Notes: generated from the sequence alone by a model not told the origin. DNA of 64,000 nucleotides from an uncultured Thermoplasmata archaeon (GCA_963768855.1 CAVYJM010000011.1:32001-96000), one strand, 5' to 3'. Shown: positions 1 through 9,948, counted from the stretch's first letter. Translations and numbers: made by a program.

Positions 1-232
1 CTACCGTCTGAAGGACGCTGACCACGTCGAAACCGACCACGCGAACACCCGCTGAGCGCGACGGCAGCGACCAAACAGCGAGGTTCCAGCGCGGAGCGAC
101 CGACTCTGAACCGCCTCGTCGCCGCCGCGCTGTCGGCGCATCGCCGTTTCCACTCAAAAAACGCGTGCCGACGACCCAGCAAATTTTGCCCGCGTTCCTG
201 GCCCTAACGTTCTCCCGTGTTCCTGGGCCCCT

Positions 233-2038
233 TCAGGGCCCGGACCCCATGGAGAACCCGCAGTAGAAGCAGAACATGTTGTCCGCATTCACCAGGGTGC
301 CGCAGTTGGGGCACCGCTTCTTTGCCGCGACGGTCGAGGCGGGGGGAGGCGCGGCCGGTATGGGGGGCGGAGGCGGAGTCACGGGCTTCACGAACTCGAT
401 CGGCGGGGGGGCCGGTGTGTACGTCTGCGTCTGCACGTTGTGCGGATAGGACGCGGTCGGTGGACCCGGAGGCGGGCCGGGAGGCGGGGCGCCGTAGCTG
501 TAGGCGGGCGGCATCACGGTCCTCTGGCGGTATGCCGCGGTCCGGCGCGCGCGGGCGCGACGCTGGGGAACGAACGCGACGATCGCCGCGAGGGCGAGGA
601 TGAACAGGGCGAGGTAGAGCAGGTTCGAGGACAGGAACTGGTAGAGTACGAAGAGGAAGTTGGGGAGGGGCGAAACCGCGATCGTCCTGACGGGCGACTC
701 GTAGCGAGTCCCGTTCACGGTCGCCACGACCTTGACGGAGAGCGGGATGCCGGAATCGGGCATCACGAGGTTCGTGGCGCTGTAGGACTGACGTGTCGTG
801 CCCGTCTGGACCGCGGTAACGTTATTCAGGGCCGCCGGGTCCGTCCCGTACACGACGTGGGTGTCGGTCACCGGGAGTCCCGCCGGCCCGATGATCGACC
901 AGCCGATCGAGAATGTGGAACCCTTAGCGACGCTACCTGGGATGTTGTTGAGGGAGATGAAGGGCTGGTTGAGGGCGTTGACCCCGTTCCACGCGTTGAC
1001 GATCCCCCAGCCATATAGAGTGTTGTACCCGGTGCTGCCCGTCGGCACTGCGGTCTGGTTCAGGACGTTCCACAGCTCGACGTTCGTCAGGCTTGGCTCG
1101 AGGGAGAGGAGAAGCGCGGCGACGCCGCTCACGAAAGGTGTCGCAAGCGAAGTCCCGTCCAGGTTGTGCCAGCCTCCGCTCGTGGGCGGGCAGTTCGGAC
1201 AGAGGGTCACGATCTGGACGCCGGGTGCGCTGAGGGACAGGCCCGGGCCGTAATTGGAGAACACAGCTCTCGTGTTCGTCTGTCCCACGGCGGCGACGGA
1301 GACCACGTTGGGGAGGGATGCGGGGTAATCGAGAGTCGAGCTGCCGGAGTTCCCCGCGGCGGCGATGACCAAGGCGCCCTTGCTCCATGCGTAGTTGATC
1401 GCGAGCTCGATGTCGGTCGGTCCGATGAGGGTCGTGTTCGTCCCGAGGGAGAGGTTGATGATCCGCGCCCCGTGGTCCGCGGCCCATCGGATTGCGAGGG
1501 AGGTGTTGTAGGACGTGCCCTCGCCGTTCGCCCCCAGAGCTTCGAGCGCCATGACGCCCACCTGCCCGACTTGGGCCACTCCCGCCATCAGCTTGTTGTT
1601 GTTCGTCGCGGCCGCGATGACGCTCGCGACGCCCGTGCCGTGGTACGTGTTCTGGGCGCCGTCCGAATCCATCGGATTGTTGTTGTTCAGGATGAAGTTC
1701 CAGCCGTGCGACCCGTCCGTGTTGTTCCACATGTTCGGGGCGATGTCCGGGTCCGTGTACCACACGCCCGTGTCGACGACGGCGACGATAACCTTCTGGC
1801 TGCCCAGGCCGACATTCCAGGCCTTCGGCGCCTCGATCGTGTTCAGTCCCCACTGGAAATTGAAGAGGGGATCGTTTGGGGTGTACGCCGCATGCAGCGG
1901 GATGTCGGTGATTACCGCAGGAGGCACGCTGGCCGCCCGAGTTACGACGGGAGCCGCGAGCGAGACGAGCAGCGTGAGGACCGCAATGATCGCGACGGAG
2001 GTCCGTGAGAGGGAGCGCACAGAATCGGCTTGCTGCAA
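233..2038 (-). CDS. Membrane-anchored S8 subtilisin/thermitase-like serine protease with Pro-rich cytoplasmic tail and double zinc ribbon
   Basis: Signal peptide; thermitase-like YTPNDP start; catalytic motifs VAVVDTG, HGTGVASVIAA and GTSLATPFVSG; C-terminal TM helix (LLYLALFILALAAIVAFV); poly-Pro; CPNCG...CFYCG. Confidence 0.93.
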   Translation of the reverse strand: MQQADSVRSLSRTSVAIIAVLTLLVSLAAPVVTRAASVPPAVITDIPLHAAYTPNDPLFNFQWGLNTIEAPKAWNVGLGSQKVIVAVVDTGVWYTDPDIAPNMWNNTDGSHGWNFILNNNNPMDSDGAQNTYHGTGVASVIAAATNNNKLMAGVAQVGQVGVMALEALGANGEGTSYNTSLAIRWAADHGARIINLSLGTNTTLIGPTDIELAINYAWSKGALVIAAAGNSGSSTLDYPASLPNVVSVAAVGQTNTRAVFSNYGPGLSLSAPGVQIVTLCPNCPPTSGGWHNLDGTSLATPFVSGVAALLLSLEPSLTNVELWNVLNQTAVPTGSTGYNTLYGWGIVNAWNGVNALNQPFISLNNIPGSVAKGSTFSIGWSIIGPAGLPVTDTHVVYGTDPAALNNVTAVQTGTTRQSYSATNLVMPDSGIPLSVKVVATVNGTRYESPVRTIAVSPLPNFLFVLYQFLSSNLLYLALFILALAAIVAFVPQRRARARRTAAYRQRTVMPPAYSYGAPPPGPPPGPPTASYPHNVQTQTYTPAPPPIEFVKPVTPPPPPIPAAPPPASTVAAKKRCPNCGTLVNADNMFCFYCGFSMGSGP

Positions 2039-2185
2039 CCTAGGGGCCTCCAGGCTGCCCGTAGAGGACTTGGTGTGAGCTATGGAGCGCGGTCCTTTTT
2101 AAACCTCTGCCCTCGGTTGTCAGCGGTTGACATTCAACCGGTTCGATGGGCGAATGCTTTTGTCGCAGGATGCCCTGGTTTCGCC

Positions 2186-3055
2186 GTGTCCGCAACCGCG
2201 CTACCCGTCGCGCTCGTGACCGGCGCTTCCTCGGGAATCGGCCGTGCGACCGCCCTCCTCCTGGCCCGCTCCGGGTATCGCGTGTTCGCGACGGTCCGGT
2301 CGGAGACCGGCGAGGGTGCGCTCCGCGCGGCCGCCGGCGCTCTGCCCCTCGAGATCCTCCACCTCGATTTAGCCGACGAGGCCGGGGTGACGCGTACCGT
2401 CCAAGAGGTTCTCCGCCGCGCCGGGCGGATCGACGCCCTGGTGAACAATGCGGGATTCGCGTTGCTCGGCGCGGTCGAGGATATTCCCCGGGAGGCGCTT
2501 CGGCATCAGTTCGAGGTGAACGTCTTCGGGACGATCCAGCTCTGCCGCGAGATCCTGCCCACGATGCGCGCGCAGCATGCCGGCCACATCGTGAACGTGA
2601 GCTCCCTGGCCGGAAAGGTCAGCGTCCCCCTCATGGGCGCTTATTGTGCCTCCAAGTTCGCGATCGAGGCGTTCAGCGACGCCCTGCGCGCCGAGGTGAA
2701 GCCGGGCGGCGTCCGCGTCGCGCTTGTGGAGCCCGGGCCCGTCGCCACGAACTTCAACCAGCTCGCGCGGAACGAGAGTCATCTCATCCTCGAATCCCCG
2801 AGCGTCTTCCATTCGGTCTACGCACGCCTGCGCCATCCCGCGTCCGACCGGTGGGCAGCGTCCTCGGATCGGGTCGCGAGGGTCATCCTCCGGGCGATTC
2901 GCTCCCGGCATACTCGTTCGCGGTACCGCGTCCGGATTCGCGAGAGCCTTGCCGCCGGTGCGGTCTCCTTCATCCCCCGAGGCGCCCTGGACTGGTTGAT
3001 GATCCGATTCATGGGGGGTCAGCGCGCGGAACCGACCGAGTCGACGGGTTCTTGA
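2186..3055 (+). CDS. Short-chain dehydrogenase/reductase (classical SDR)
   Basis: VTGASSGIG, VNNAG and YCASK motifs; start taken at in-frame GTG 2186 (uncertain). Confidence 0.9.
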   Translation: MSATALPVALVTGASSGIGRATALLLARSGYRVFATVRSETGEGALRAAAGALPLEILHLDLADEAGVTRTVQEVLRRAGRIDALVNNAGFALLGAVEDIPREALRHQFEVNVFGTIQLCREILPTMRAQHAGHIVNVSSLAGKVSVPLMGAYCASKFAIEAFSDALRAEVKPGGVRVALVEPGPVATNFNQLARNESHLILESPSVFHSVYARLRHPASDRWAASSDRVARVILRAIRSRHTRSRYRVRIRESLAAGAVSFIPRGALDWLMIRFMGGQRAEPTESTGS

Positions 3056-3077
3056 GCCGCTCCGCCATGCGGATCGC

Positions 3078-3617
3078 ATGCCCGGCGATGGCCCCTTCCT
3101 GTGGATCCGCGATCAGTCGTCGCCCCTCGGATTCTGGCATCCTCCCGAGGGCGGGATGTGCGTCAATGCGTTCCTCTTCGTCCAGGACGACCACCGGATC
3201 CTGCTCGGCAAATACGCAGACCATCCGGCGTGGGACGAACTGGCGGGACTCGACTCGGGACGACGTCAGCGCTTCGGCACGGGCTGGACCGTGCCGGGGA
3301 CTCATCTGAAGTTCGGGGAGGAGCCCCGCGCCGCGGCACGCCGGATCGGAGGAGACGTCCTCCAGATCCCGGGGCTCACCTTCTCGGAGCCACGGGTGGA
3401 GTCCGACACCTACCCCGCGGCCTTCGCGAACGGCAAGACCCACTACGATCTCTGGTTCTTCTTCGACGCGAAACCGCCTGCGCGATGGCAGCTGAAAGCG
3501 CCGGCCTGGTACCGGGAGCTCGCTTGGCAGGATCCGAGGGCGTTGCCTCCGTCCGCGTACGCGCGGTCCCACGAGGATGTCGTGGCCCGGTGGCTGCAGA
3601 CGCGGTCCGGCCGGTAG
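3078..3617 (+). CDS. NUDIX-fold protein with degenerate Nudix box
   Basis: VNAFLFV..ILLGK...WTVPGTHLKFGEEPRAAARR resembles the Nudix fold, but the RE..EE glutamates are missing. Confidence 0.7.
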   Translation: MPGDGPFLWIRDQSSPLGFWHPPEGGMCVNAFLFVQDDHRILLGKYADHPAWDELAGLDSGRRQRFGTGWTVPGTHLKFGEEPRAAARRIGGDVLQIPGLTFSEPRVESDTYPAAFANGKTHYDLWFFFDAKPPARWQLKAPAWYRELAWQDPRALPPSAYARSHEDVVARWLQTRSGR

Positions 3618-3629
3618 GCTGGCGCGGTC

Positions 3630-4268
3630 TCAGAGTCGCTTCGCCAGCGCGACGAACTGGGCCGAGGCACCGCCCGTGATGGGCTTCCCGTGACCGAAGA
3701 CCGCGTTCTCGAAGTGGAACCCCGTGAGCTTCTTGATTGAGTCGCGGTGCGCGCGGGGATCGATGTTGTATTGGTCGTCCATGGGGCCGAGCCCTTTCTC
3801 GTTGTTCGCCGCGTCCCCCGCGATTAGGAGGGACCGGGACTCGTCCAAGAGGGAGATGCTCCCGCGCGTGTGCCCGGGAGTGAAGATGGTCCTCAGGCCG
3901 TCTTGGATCTGCCCATCCTCCAGGACGATGGCCACGGGTGTCCCGGGATGGCGCTGGTACTGCGCGCCCGGCGGCCCGTCGTACGTCCTGCGCTTGGAGA
4001 TGAAATCGGCCTCGATCCTGGAGGCCGCCACCTTCGCGGACGTGGCGTCCTGCACGACCCGCGCGAGGCCACTCACATGGTCCGGATGGGTGTGGGTGAT
4101 GAAGATCGTCCCGATGTCTTTAGGTTTGATCCTCGCCTTGCTCAGGTAGTTGAGGATCCCCTTGGCATCCGCCTCGGAGCTCGTATCGATCAGCACGAGC
4201 CGGTCATCCACGAGCACGTATGTGTTGGCGTAGGTGTCGATCAGGTGCACGCCCTTGAGGACTTCCAT
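3630..4268 (-). CDS. MBL-fold metallo-hydrolase
   Basis: LIDT, THTHPDHVSG, TPGHTRGS, AGDA and FGHG motifs. Confidence 0.92.
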   Translation of the reverse strand: MEVLKGVHLIDTYANTYVLVDDRLVLIDTSSEADAKGILNYLSKARIKPKDIGTIFITHTHPDHVSGLARVVQDATSAKVAASRIEADFISKRRTYDGPPGAQYQRHPGTPVAIVLEDGQIQDGLRTIFTPGHTRGSISLLDESRSLLIAGDAANNEKGLGPMDDQYNIDPRAHRDSIKKLTGFHFENAVFGHGKPITGGASAQFVALAKRL

Positions 4269-4353
4269 ACCTCCCACCTTCGACCCGCGCGATACCGGTC
4301 TGCGGTCTTATTCCTTTCGAGACTGCAGTGGGCTCACGCCGCATTCGGACGTC

Positions 4354-5595
4354 CTAGCCCCGTGCCTCCGTCATCACGAGGCGAATGACGAGGACCAGGA
4401 CGACGGCAAGGGCGGTCAGCGCAGCCGCGAGGAGGAAGCCCGCTCCCAGGCCGAAGGCGGAGAAGACCAGGCTGCCTCCCGCGAACGCGAGGATCGCACC
4501 GATCCATCCTGTGGCGCCGAAGTAGGCCATTCCCCTTCCCAGCGAGGGACGGTCAATGAGGTCCACGACGAGCGCCGAACCGACCCCGGTGGACACGTAG
4601 GAAATGAACGCGACGAAGGATGCCGCGATCCAGAACTGCTCGAGCGAGGTGGCGACCGAGTAGACGAGGAGACCAGCGACTCCCGCGCCGTAGGAGAGGG
4701 CCATGAACGGAACGCGACCGCGGCGATCTGACATCCACCCCACGAGGATCGTGAACGGGAGGGCCACGATGCCGCTCACTGCCACCGTGCTCGTGATCGC
4801 CTCGTTGCTGAACGTGGCCTGCATCGCGAAGGAGCGGCCGAGGCCCCCGATGAATGAGCCGCAGGCGCTGAGCACGCCGCACACGATCAGGAGGAAGAAC
4901 GGCGCGGTCCATCGGAGCGGCTGCGATGGCGCGGCTTTCCGTTCCGCCCGCGACCGGACCGCCTCCTCGCGCATGGAGGCTGCGATCGCGGGGGCGGTGA
5001 GCGCGATGACTCCTAGGACGAGCCACATCGTGGTGTAGCCTGCGGCATCCGCGAGGGCCCCAACCCCGAACCCACCGAGGATTGAGCCGAGGGGTGTCGC
5101 GAGGGCCAGGAAGCCCAGGACGCGTCCCCGTTCCGTGGGGCCGGCCGAAAGCCCCGCTTGGATCGTCACCACGACGACCCCCATCCCCGCGAGACACCAG
5201 GCGGACGCCGTCAGGACGGCGAGCTCCCAGAGGACCGTGGCCTGGGACACGAGGGCGATGAGGACGGCCTCGCCGAGTCCTGCGACGATCATGAGCGCCC
5301 TGCGATGGCCGACGCGATCGGAGAGGTATCCCGCAACGAGCGTCCCCAGTGCCAGCGCGACGTACGAGACGGCTAGGTAGACGCCCACCAGGAACCGGTC
5401 GGCGCCGAGCCCCTGCGCGATGGACGGGAGGATCGGCAGCAGGCCGTTCCCGAGGGACCAGTTCACGAGGCTGTACCCGAAGAACAGGACGAGCTGTCCC
5501 CACGAAGCGCGGCGCCCTCCGTCCCCAGTCGGCGCCCCCGCCCGTACGTCGGTCCCCTCCGGGTGCGTGGGGACGGGCGGGCCTTCCGCGGACAA
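4354..5595 (-). CDS. MFS transporter
   Basis: About 12 hydrophobic helices; GYLSDRVGHRR and WMSDRRGR MFS motif A. Confidence 0.9.
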   Translation of the reverse strand: MSAEGPPVPTHPEGTDVRAGAPTGDGGRRASWGQLVLFFGYSLVNWSLGNGLLPILPSIAQGLGADRFLVGVYLAVSYVALALGTLVAGYLSDRVGHRRALMIVAGLGEAVLIALVSQATVLWELAVLTASAWCLAGMGVVVVTIQAGLSAGPTERGRVLGFLALATPLGSILGGFGVGALADAAGYTTMWLVLGVIALTAPAIAASMREEAVRSRAERKAAPSQPLRWTAPFFLLIVCGVLSACGSFIGGLGRSFAMQATFSNEAITSTVAVSGIVALPFTILVGWMSDRRGRVPFMALSYGAGVAGLLVYSVATSLEQFWIAASFVAFISYVSTGVGSALVVDLIDRPSLGRGMAYFGATGWIGAILAFAGGSLVFSAFGLGAGFLLAAALTALAVVLVLVIRLVMTEARG

Positions 5596-5708
5596 GCCGG
5601 TCGGGATGGTCGCCCCTCCTCTTAACGGATGGCCCGGCGGCCCTCCAGGTTCGCGCGCGCGTCGGGTTCTTATGGCACGACGACTTCCCGCGGGCTGGTG
5701 TCCCCTCC

Positions 5709-7061
5709 ATGTCCCTGACCGACGTCTTGGCCCAGGTCGAGAAGGATTCGGGTAAGGCCCTCGAGATTCTGAAGGAGTACTGCCGCTTTCCGACGATCTC
5801 GGCGCACAAGAAGGCCCAGCCCGAGACCGCCGCGTTCGTCGAGCACCTTCTGGCGGAGAACGGGTTCGAGGCCCGCCAGTATCCGACGGAGGGCGGCCCG
5901 AACGTCGTGTTCGGCCAGATGATCGTGGACGAGCGGAAGCCCACGCTCCTCATGTACGAGCACTACGACGTCCAGCCGACGGACCCGCTGAACGAGTGGA
6001 AGCGGGACCCGTTCGACCCGGTCGTCGAGGACGGGAAGTTCTGGGCCCGCGGATGCGGGGACACGAAGGGCAACCTGATCGCGCAGATCCTCGCCGTCCA
6101 GGCGTGGCGCGCGGTCAGCGGCGCGCCGCCGATCAACCTGAAGTTCGTCGTGGAGGGCGAGGAGGAGGTCGGCAGCGCCCACTTCCGGTCCTTCGTCGAC
6201 GCGAACAAGGAGATCCTGAAGGCGGACGGCGCGACGATTGAGGGCGGGGACCATGTCCATGACGGCACGCCGAAGATCGAGCTCGGGTGCAAGGGCACCC
6301 TCTACGTCGAGCTCATCTCCCGCACCGCGAAGGTCGACCAGCACTCCATGTACGCCCCGATCGCCCCCAACCCGGGATGGCGGCTCATCCACGCCCTGAA
6401 CACGCTCCGCGACCCGCGCGGCCGCGTCACGATCCCCAGGTGGCTCGAGGACGCGCGCCGGCCCACGCCTCGGGAGCTACGGTACCTGAAGGCAAGCGGG
6501 TTCAAGGCGCAGGCCCTGAAGGAGTTCTGGGGCGCAGAGCGGCTCCTCGGCGGGGACAACGACTACGACCTGTTGCGGCGACTCGTGTACTGGCCCACGT
6601 GCACGATCTGCGGATTCGAGAGCGGCTACACGGGGGAAGGGACGAAGACGGTGAACCCCGCGGTCGCGAAGGCCAAGGTGGACTTCCGCATCCTGCCGAA
6701 CATGAAATCGGACAAGCAGCTCGTCAAGCTCCGGGACCACCTGAAGGCGAAGGGATTCGGGGACATCGAGGTTGTCTACAAGGACCACATCGATCCGAGT
6801 GCCATCTCGATGAGCGCCCGCGTGGTCAAGGCGTGCCGCAAGGGGTCCGTCGATGTCTACGGTCGCGAGCCGGACATCTGGCCCTGGTCTGCGGGCGCCT
6901 CCGCGAACGGCTTCTTCAACGAGGTCGTCGGCGTGCCGTCCATCTCCGGGCCCGGCGTGTCGTACGACGGCTCGAACTACCACGCGCCGAACGAGAATAT
7001 CCGCCTCGACGACTTCCTCGGTGGGGCGAAGCACATGGCCGCCATGATTGGGCGGTTCTGA
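5709..7061 (+). CDS. M20/M25/M40 family metallopeptidase (dipeptidase/ArgE-DapE-like)
   Basis: YEHYDVQP, ARGCGDTKG, EGEEEVGS and HAPNE motifs; ATG at 5709. Confidence 0.92.
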   Translation: MSLTDVLAQVEKDSGKALEILKEYCRFPTISAHKKAQPETAAFVEHLLAENGFEARQYPTEGGPNVVFGQMIVDERKPTLLMYEHYDVQPTDPLNEWKRDPFDPVVEDGKFWARGCGDTKGNLIAQILAVQAWRAVSGAPPINLKFVVEGEEEVGSAHFRSFVDANKEILKADGATIEGGDHVHDGTPKIELGCKGTLYVELISRTAKVDQHSMYAPIAPNPGWRLIHALNTLRDPRGRVTIPRWLEDARRPTPRELRYLKASGFKAQALKEFWGAERLLGGDNDYDLLRRLVYWPTCTICGFESGYTGEGTKTVNPAVAKAKVDFRILPNMKSDKQLVKLRDHLKAKGFGDIEVVYKDHIDPSAISMSARVVKACRKGSVDVYGREPDIWPWSAGASANGFFNEVVGVPSISGPGVSYDGSNYHAPNENIRLDDFLGGAKHMAAMIGRF

Positions 7062-7207
7062 GCGCGGGCGACGGGGTCGCGCCCCGGCCGGGCATCTCCG
7101 CCGGACAAGACGGCTTTCGACCTCCCCCCGCAGGGCCAGCGTGCGGGACTCCCCGGGCAACCTATATCCGGGCGAAGGCGTTTGGGCGTCCAGGAGTGGA
7201 GTGGGGC

Positions 7208-8008
7208 ATGGCGGACGACACGGTCCTCATCTTGGCATCGGTGCTTGTGGCGTTGATCATCCTGATATTCATCGCGGCCGCGATCAAGGTCGTCCGCGAG
7301 TACGAACGTCTCGTCGTCTTCCGCTGGGGGCGTCTCCTTCCGAAGCCGAAGGGACCGGGCCTGACGGTCATCGTCCCGATCATCGACAAGCGGTTGCTCG
7401 TGGACCTCCGCGTCGTGACGGCCCAGGTGCCCCGCCAGCACATCGTCACCCGGGACAACGTTTCGGTGGATGTGGACGCCGTCGTGTATTACAAGGTCTA
7501 CAACCCGGTGAAGGCGATCACGGAGGTCCAGAACTACATCCAGGCCACGGACCTCCTGGGCCAGACCATGCTGCGGGACGTCCTGGGCCAGGTCGAGCTT
7601 GACGAGCTCCTCTCGAAGCGGGACGAGCTCAGCAAGCGCATCCAGATTCTCCTGGACACGGCGACGGAACCCTGGGGGATCAAGATTTCCTCAGTGACCC
7701 TGCGGGACGTCGCCCTGCCGGACACGATGGTCCGGGCGATCGCGAAGCAGGCCGAGGCCGAACGGGAGCGGCGTTCTCGGGTCATCATCGCCCAGGGCGA
7801 GTTCGAGGCGAGCGCCAAGATGACCGAGGCCGCGAAGCTATACGAGCAGGTCCCCGCAGCCATGCGCCTCCGGGAGTTGCAGACCTTCACCGAAATCGCG
7901 CGAGAGAAGAACATGGTCATCGTGACGCCGACAGCGGCTGGCATGACCGGAGACGTGGTGGCCATGAGCGCAGCGATGCAGCGAAAGCAGGGAGCGCAGC
8001 AGAGTTGA
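7208..8008 (+). CDS. Stomatin/SPFH (band 7) protein
   Basis: N-terminal TM; VREYERLVVFRWGR, TRDNVSVDVDAV, QAEAERERRSRVIIAQGE, AMRLRELQT; ATG at 7208. Confidence 0.95.
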   Translation: MADDTVLILASVLVALIILIFIAAAIKVVREYERLVVFRWGRLLPKPKGPGLTVIVPIIDKRLLVDLRVVTAQVPRQHIVTRDNVSVDVDAVVYYKVYNPVKAITEVQNYIQATDLLGQTMLRDVLGQVELDELLSKRDELSKRIQILLDTATEPWGIKISSVTLRDVALPDTMVRAIAKQAEAERERRSRVIIAQGEFEASAKMTEAAKLYEQVPAAMRLRELQTFTEIAREKNMVIVTPTAAGMTGDVVAMSAAMQRKQGAQQS

Positions 8009-9435
8009 TACGCGGTCCGACCCGCCGGGACCGCTTGGTCCTGGCGTCCGTCCTCCTGATGCTCGGCGTCTCGATCCTATCGCCGCTCACGGCGCGGGCC
8101 CAGGGGACCCAGGTCCTTCTCGCCGAGATCACCGGCGCGATCGACAGCAACACGGTCGAGTACATGTCGGACGCGATCGCCCTGGCAACCTCGGGCGGAT
8201 ACGCCGCCTTGGTCATCCGATTCGACACGCCGGGCGGGGACCTCGCCAGCACCCTCCAGATCGACGAGATGATGGCCGGCGCCGGAAATCTTCCGATCCT
8301 GGGATGGGTCGGGCCGCCTGGGGCGAGTGCCGCGAGCGCGGGGACGATCCTCCTCGAGTGGACGGACATCGCTGCGATGGCTCCCGGGACCTCGATCGGA
8401 TCCGTCCAGCCGGTCGAGCTCGGGATCACCGGGACGATCCCGATCACGGACCCCAAGATCGTGAACTACGTGGTCGGCATCCTGTCCAGTGGCATGGAGA
8501 TCCACGACCGGAACTGGAATCTGTCCGCGCAGTTCGTGGAGCAGAACCTGAATCTGGACGCGTCCTCCGCGCTCTCCGAGGGGGCGATCGACTACACGGC
8601 GGGGAGCATCCCGGCCCTCTTGGATGCCGCGAACGGTCGCCACATCGTCGTGCATGAGAACTCCACGATCGTGAAGGACCTCGTCCTGAACACCGCGGGC
8701 GCCGAGGTGGTGGCCTTCTCCCCGTCACTCCGGGTTCAGTTCCTAAACTTCCTCACCGACCCGCTCATCGCCGTCCTGCTCCTGATCGTCGGCATCTATC
8801 TCGTGATCTTCGGCCTCCACGCGCCCGGCCATGGCGCGGAGGTCGGGGGCATCATCATCGTGCTCTTGGCCCTCATTGGACTCGGCTTCAGCGTGGACCC
8901 CATCGCCCTCCTCTTGATTATCGCGGGAGTCGTGCTCCTCATCCTAGAGGCCAAGCATCCCGGCTTCGGCGCGTTCGGGATCGGGGGCATCATCGCGATT
9001 GCGCTCGGAGCGCTGTTCCTGGCCCCGCTCGCCCCGCCCAGCCAGCCCGGGGGGCCGGGCCAGCTCGTGACCTCGGGCTACCAGCTGGGCTTCGTCATCA
9101 CCCTGCTCCTGCCCACCCTCGCGTTCGGGGTCTTCATCCTGTTCGCGATGTACAAAGTCAGCGAGGTCCGGCGGCTCAAGCCCACCGTCGGAGAGTTCGT
9201 CGGCGAGCCCGCGAAGACCGAGGAGCCCCTGCACAAGGACGTCAAAGGCTACGTCCGGTTCAAGGGGGAACTCTGGCAGGCCATCGCCGAAGAGGATGTG
9301 CCCGCGGGCACGAGTGTCTTCGTTGCCCGCGCAGACGGCCTCCTGCTGCATGTCACCACGAGGGCCCCGCCCGCGCCGCCCAAACCTTCCATCGAGAACC
9401 GGATCGTGCGGCTGTTCCGCCGCAAGCCCGCGTGA
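8005..9435 (+). CDS. nfeD: NfeD/STOPP membrane-bound serine protease, partner of stomatin
   Basis: DTPGG, AASAG and MAPGTSIG ClpP-like motifs; TM bundle; C-terminal OB (GYVRFKGELWQA); TTG start overlaps the stomatin stop. Confidence 0.92.
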   Translation: MIRGPTRRDRLVLASVLLMLGVSILSPLTARAQGTQVLLAEITGAIDSNTVEYMSDAIALATSGGYAALVIRFDTPGGDLASTLQIDEMMAGAGNLPILGWVGPPGASAASAGTILLEWTDIAAMAPGTSIGSVQPVELGITGTIPITDPKIVNYVVGILSSGMEIHDRNWNLSAQFVEQNLNLDASSALSEGAIDYTAGSIPALLDAANGRHIVVHENSTIVKDLVLNTAGAEVVAFSPSLRVQFLNFLTDPLIAVLLLIVGIYLVIFGLHAPGHGAEVGGIIIVLLALIGLGFSVDPIALLLIIAGVVLLILEAKHPGFGAFGIGGIIAIALGALFLAPLAPPSQPGGPGQLVTSGYQLGFVITLLLPTLAFGVFILFAMYKVSEVRRLKPTVGEFVGEPAKTEEPLHKDVKGYVRFKGELWQAIAEEDVPAGTSVFVARADGLLLHVTTRAPPAPPKPSIENRIVRLFRRKPA

Positions 9436-9444
9436 GCCAAAACC

Positions 9445-9450
9445 CTTAAG
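9445..9450 (+). promoter_or_regulatory. Putative archaeal TATA box (CTTAAG) of a near-leaderless transcript
   Basis: AT-rich hexamer with upstream A-run in a GC-rich background, 25 nt before ATG 9475. Confidence 0.55.
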
Positions 9451-9474
9451 GCCGCCCGGAGGTTGCGCGGGCCG

Positions 9475-9795
9475 ATGCCCACGGATGTCGTGCTCTGCAA
9501 GATCGCGGAACTCCCCGACGGGACGATCCGACACTTCGAGATCATGGGCTACGACATCGCCGTGGCGAACGTGAGCGGCACGTTCTACGGGCTCGACGCG
9601 GCGTGCACGTATCAATGGGCCAACCTCGCGGACGGCTCCGTGGACAAGGATCGGATGATCCTGATCTGCCCGTCCTGCAAGGGCGCGTGGGACCTGAAGA
9701 CCGGGCAGCCGGTCGATCCGCCCGCGAAGTTCCCCCTCACGGTCTACGAGGTCACGACGGCGGGTGACGACCTCATCCTCACGTTCACCTACTGA
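9475..9795 (+). CDS. Rieske-type ferredoxin fold with non-canonical ligands (CTY / CPSC)
   Basis: Spacing and flanks match small Rieske ferredoxins (IAVANVSGTFYGLDAAC...ICP..GAWDLKTG), but both His ligands are replaced. Confidence 0.8.
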   Translation: MPTDVVLCKIAELPDGTIRHFEIMGYDIAVANVSGTFYGLDAACTYQWANLADGSVDKDRMILICPSCKGAWDLKTGQPVDPPAKFPLTVYEVTTAGDDLILTFTY

Positions 9796-9948
9796 GGTCC
9801 CCCGAGGGCGTCCCGCGCATACGAATCGCATGAAAACCCTTATGAAGCACGTCCCGCTCGCTTGGGCCGTCCTCATGTCCAAGTGAACCACGGTCGGCCC
9901 GCACCGGACGCGAACCGTGTTCTCGTGAGCGTTGAGGCGGTGACGACC

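Noticed and set aside
1-55. Possible 3' end of a plus-strand gene (…YRLKDADHVETDHANTR*)
   Set aside because: Too short to support any call
330-520. GC-rich low-complexity repeats in the S8 gene
   Set aside because: They simply encode the poly-proline tail and are not an independent repeat element
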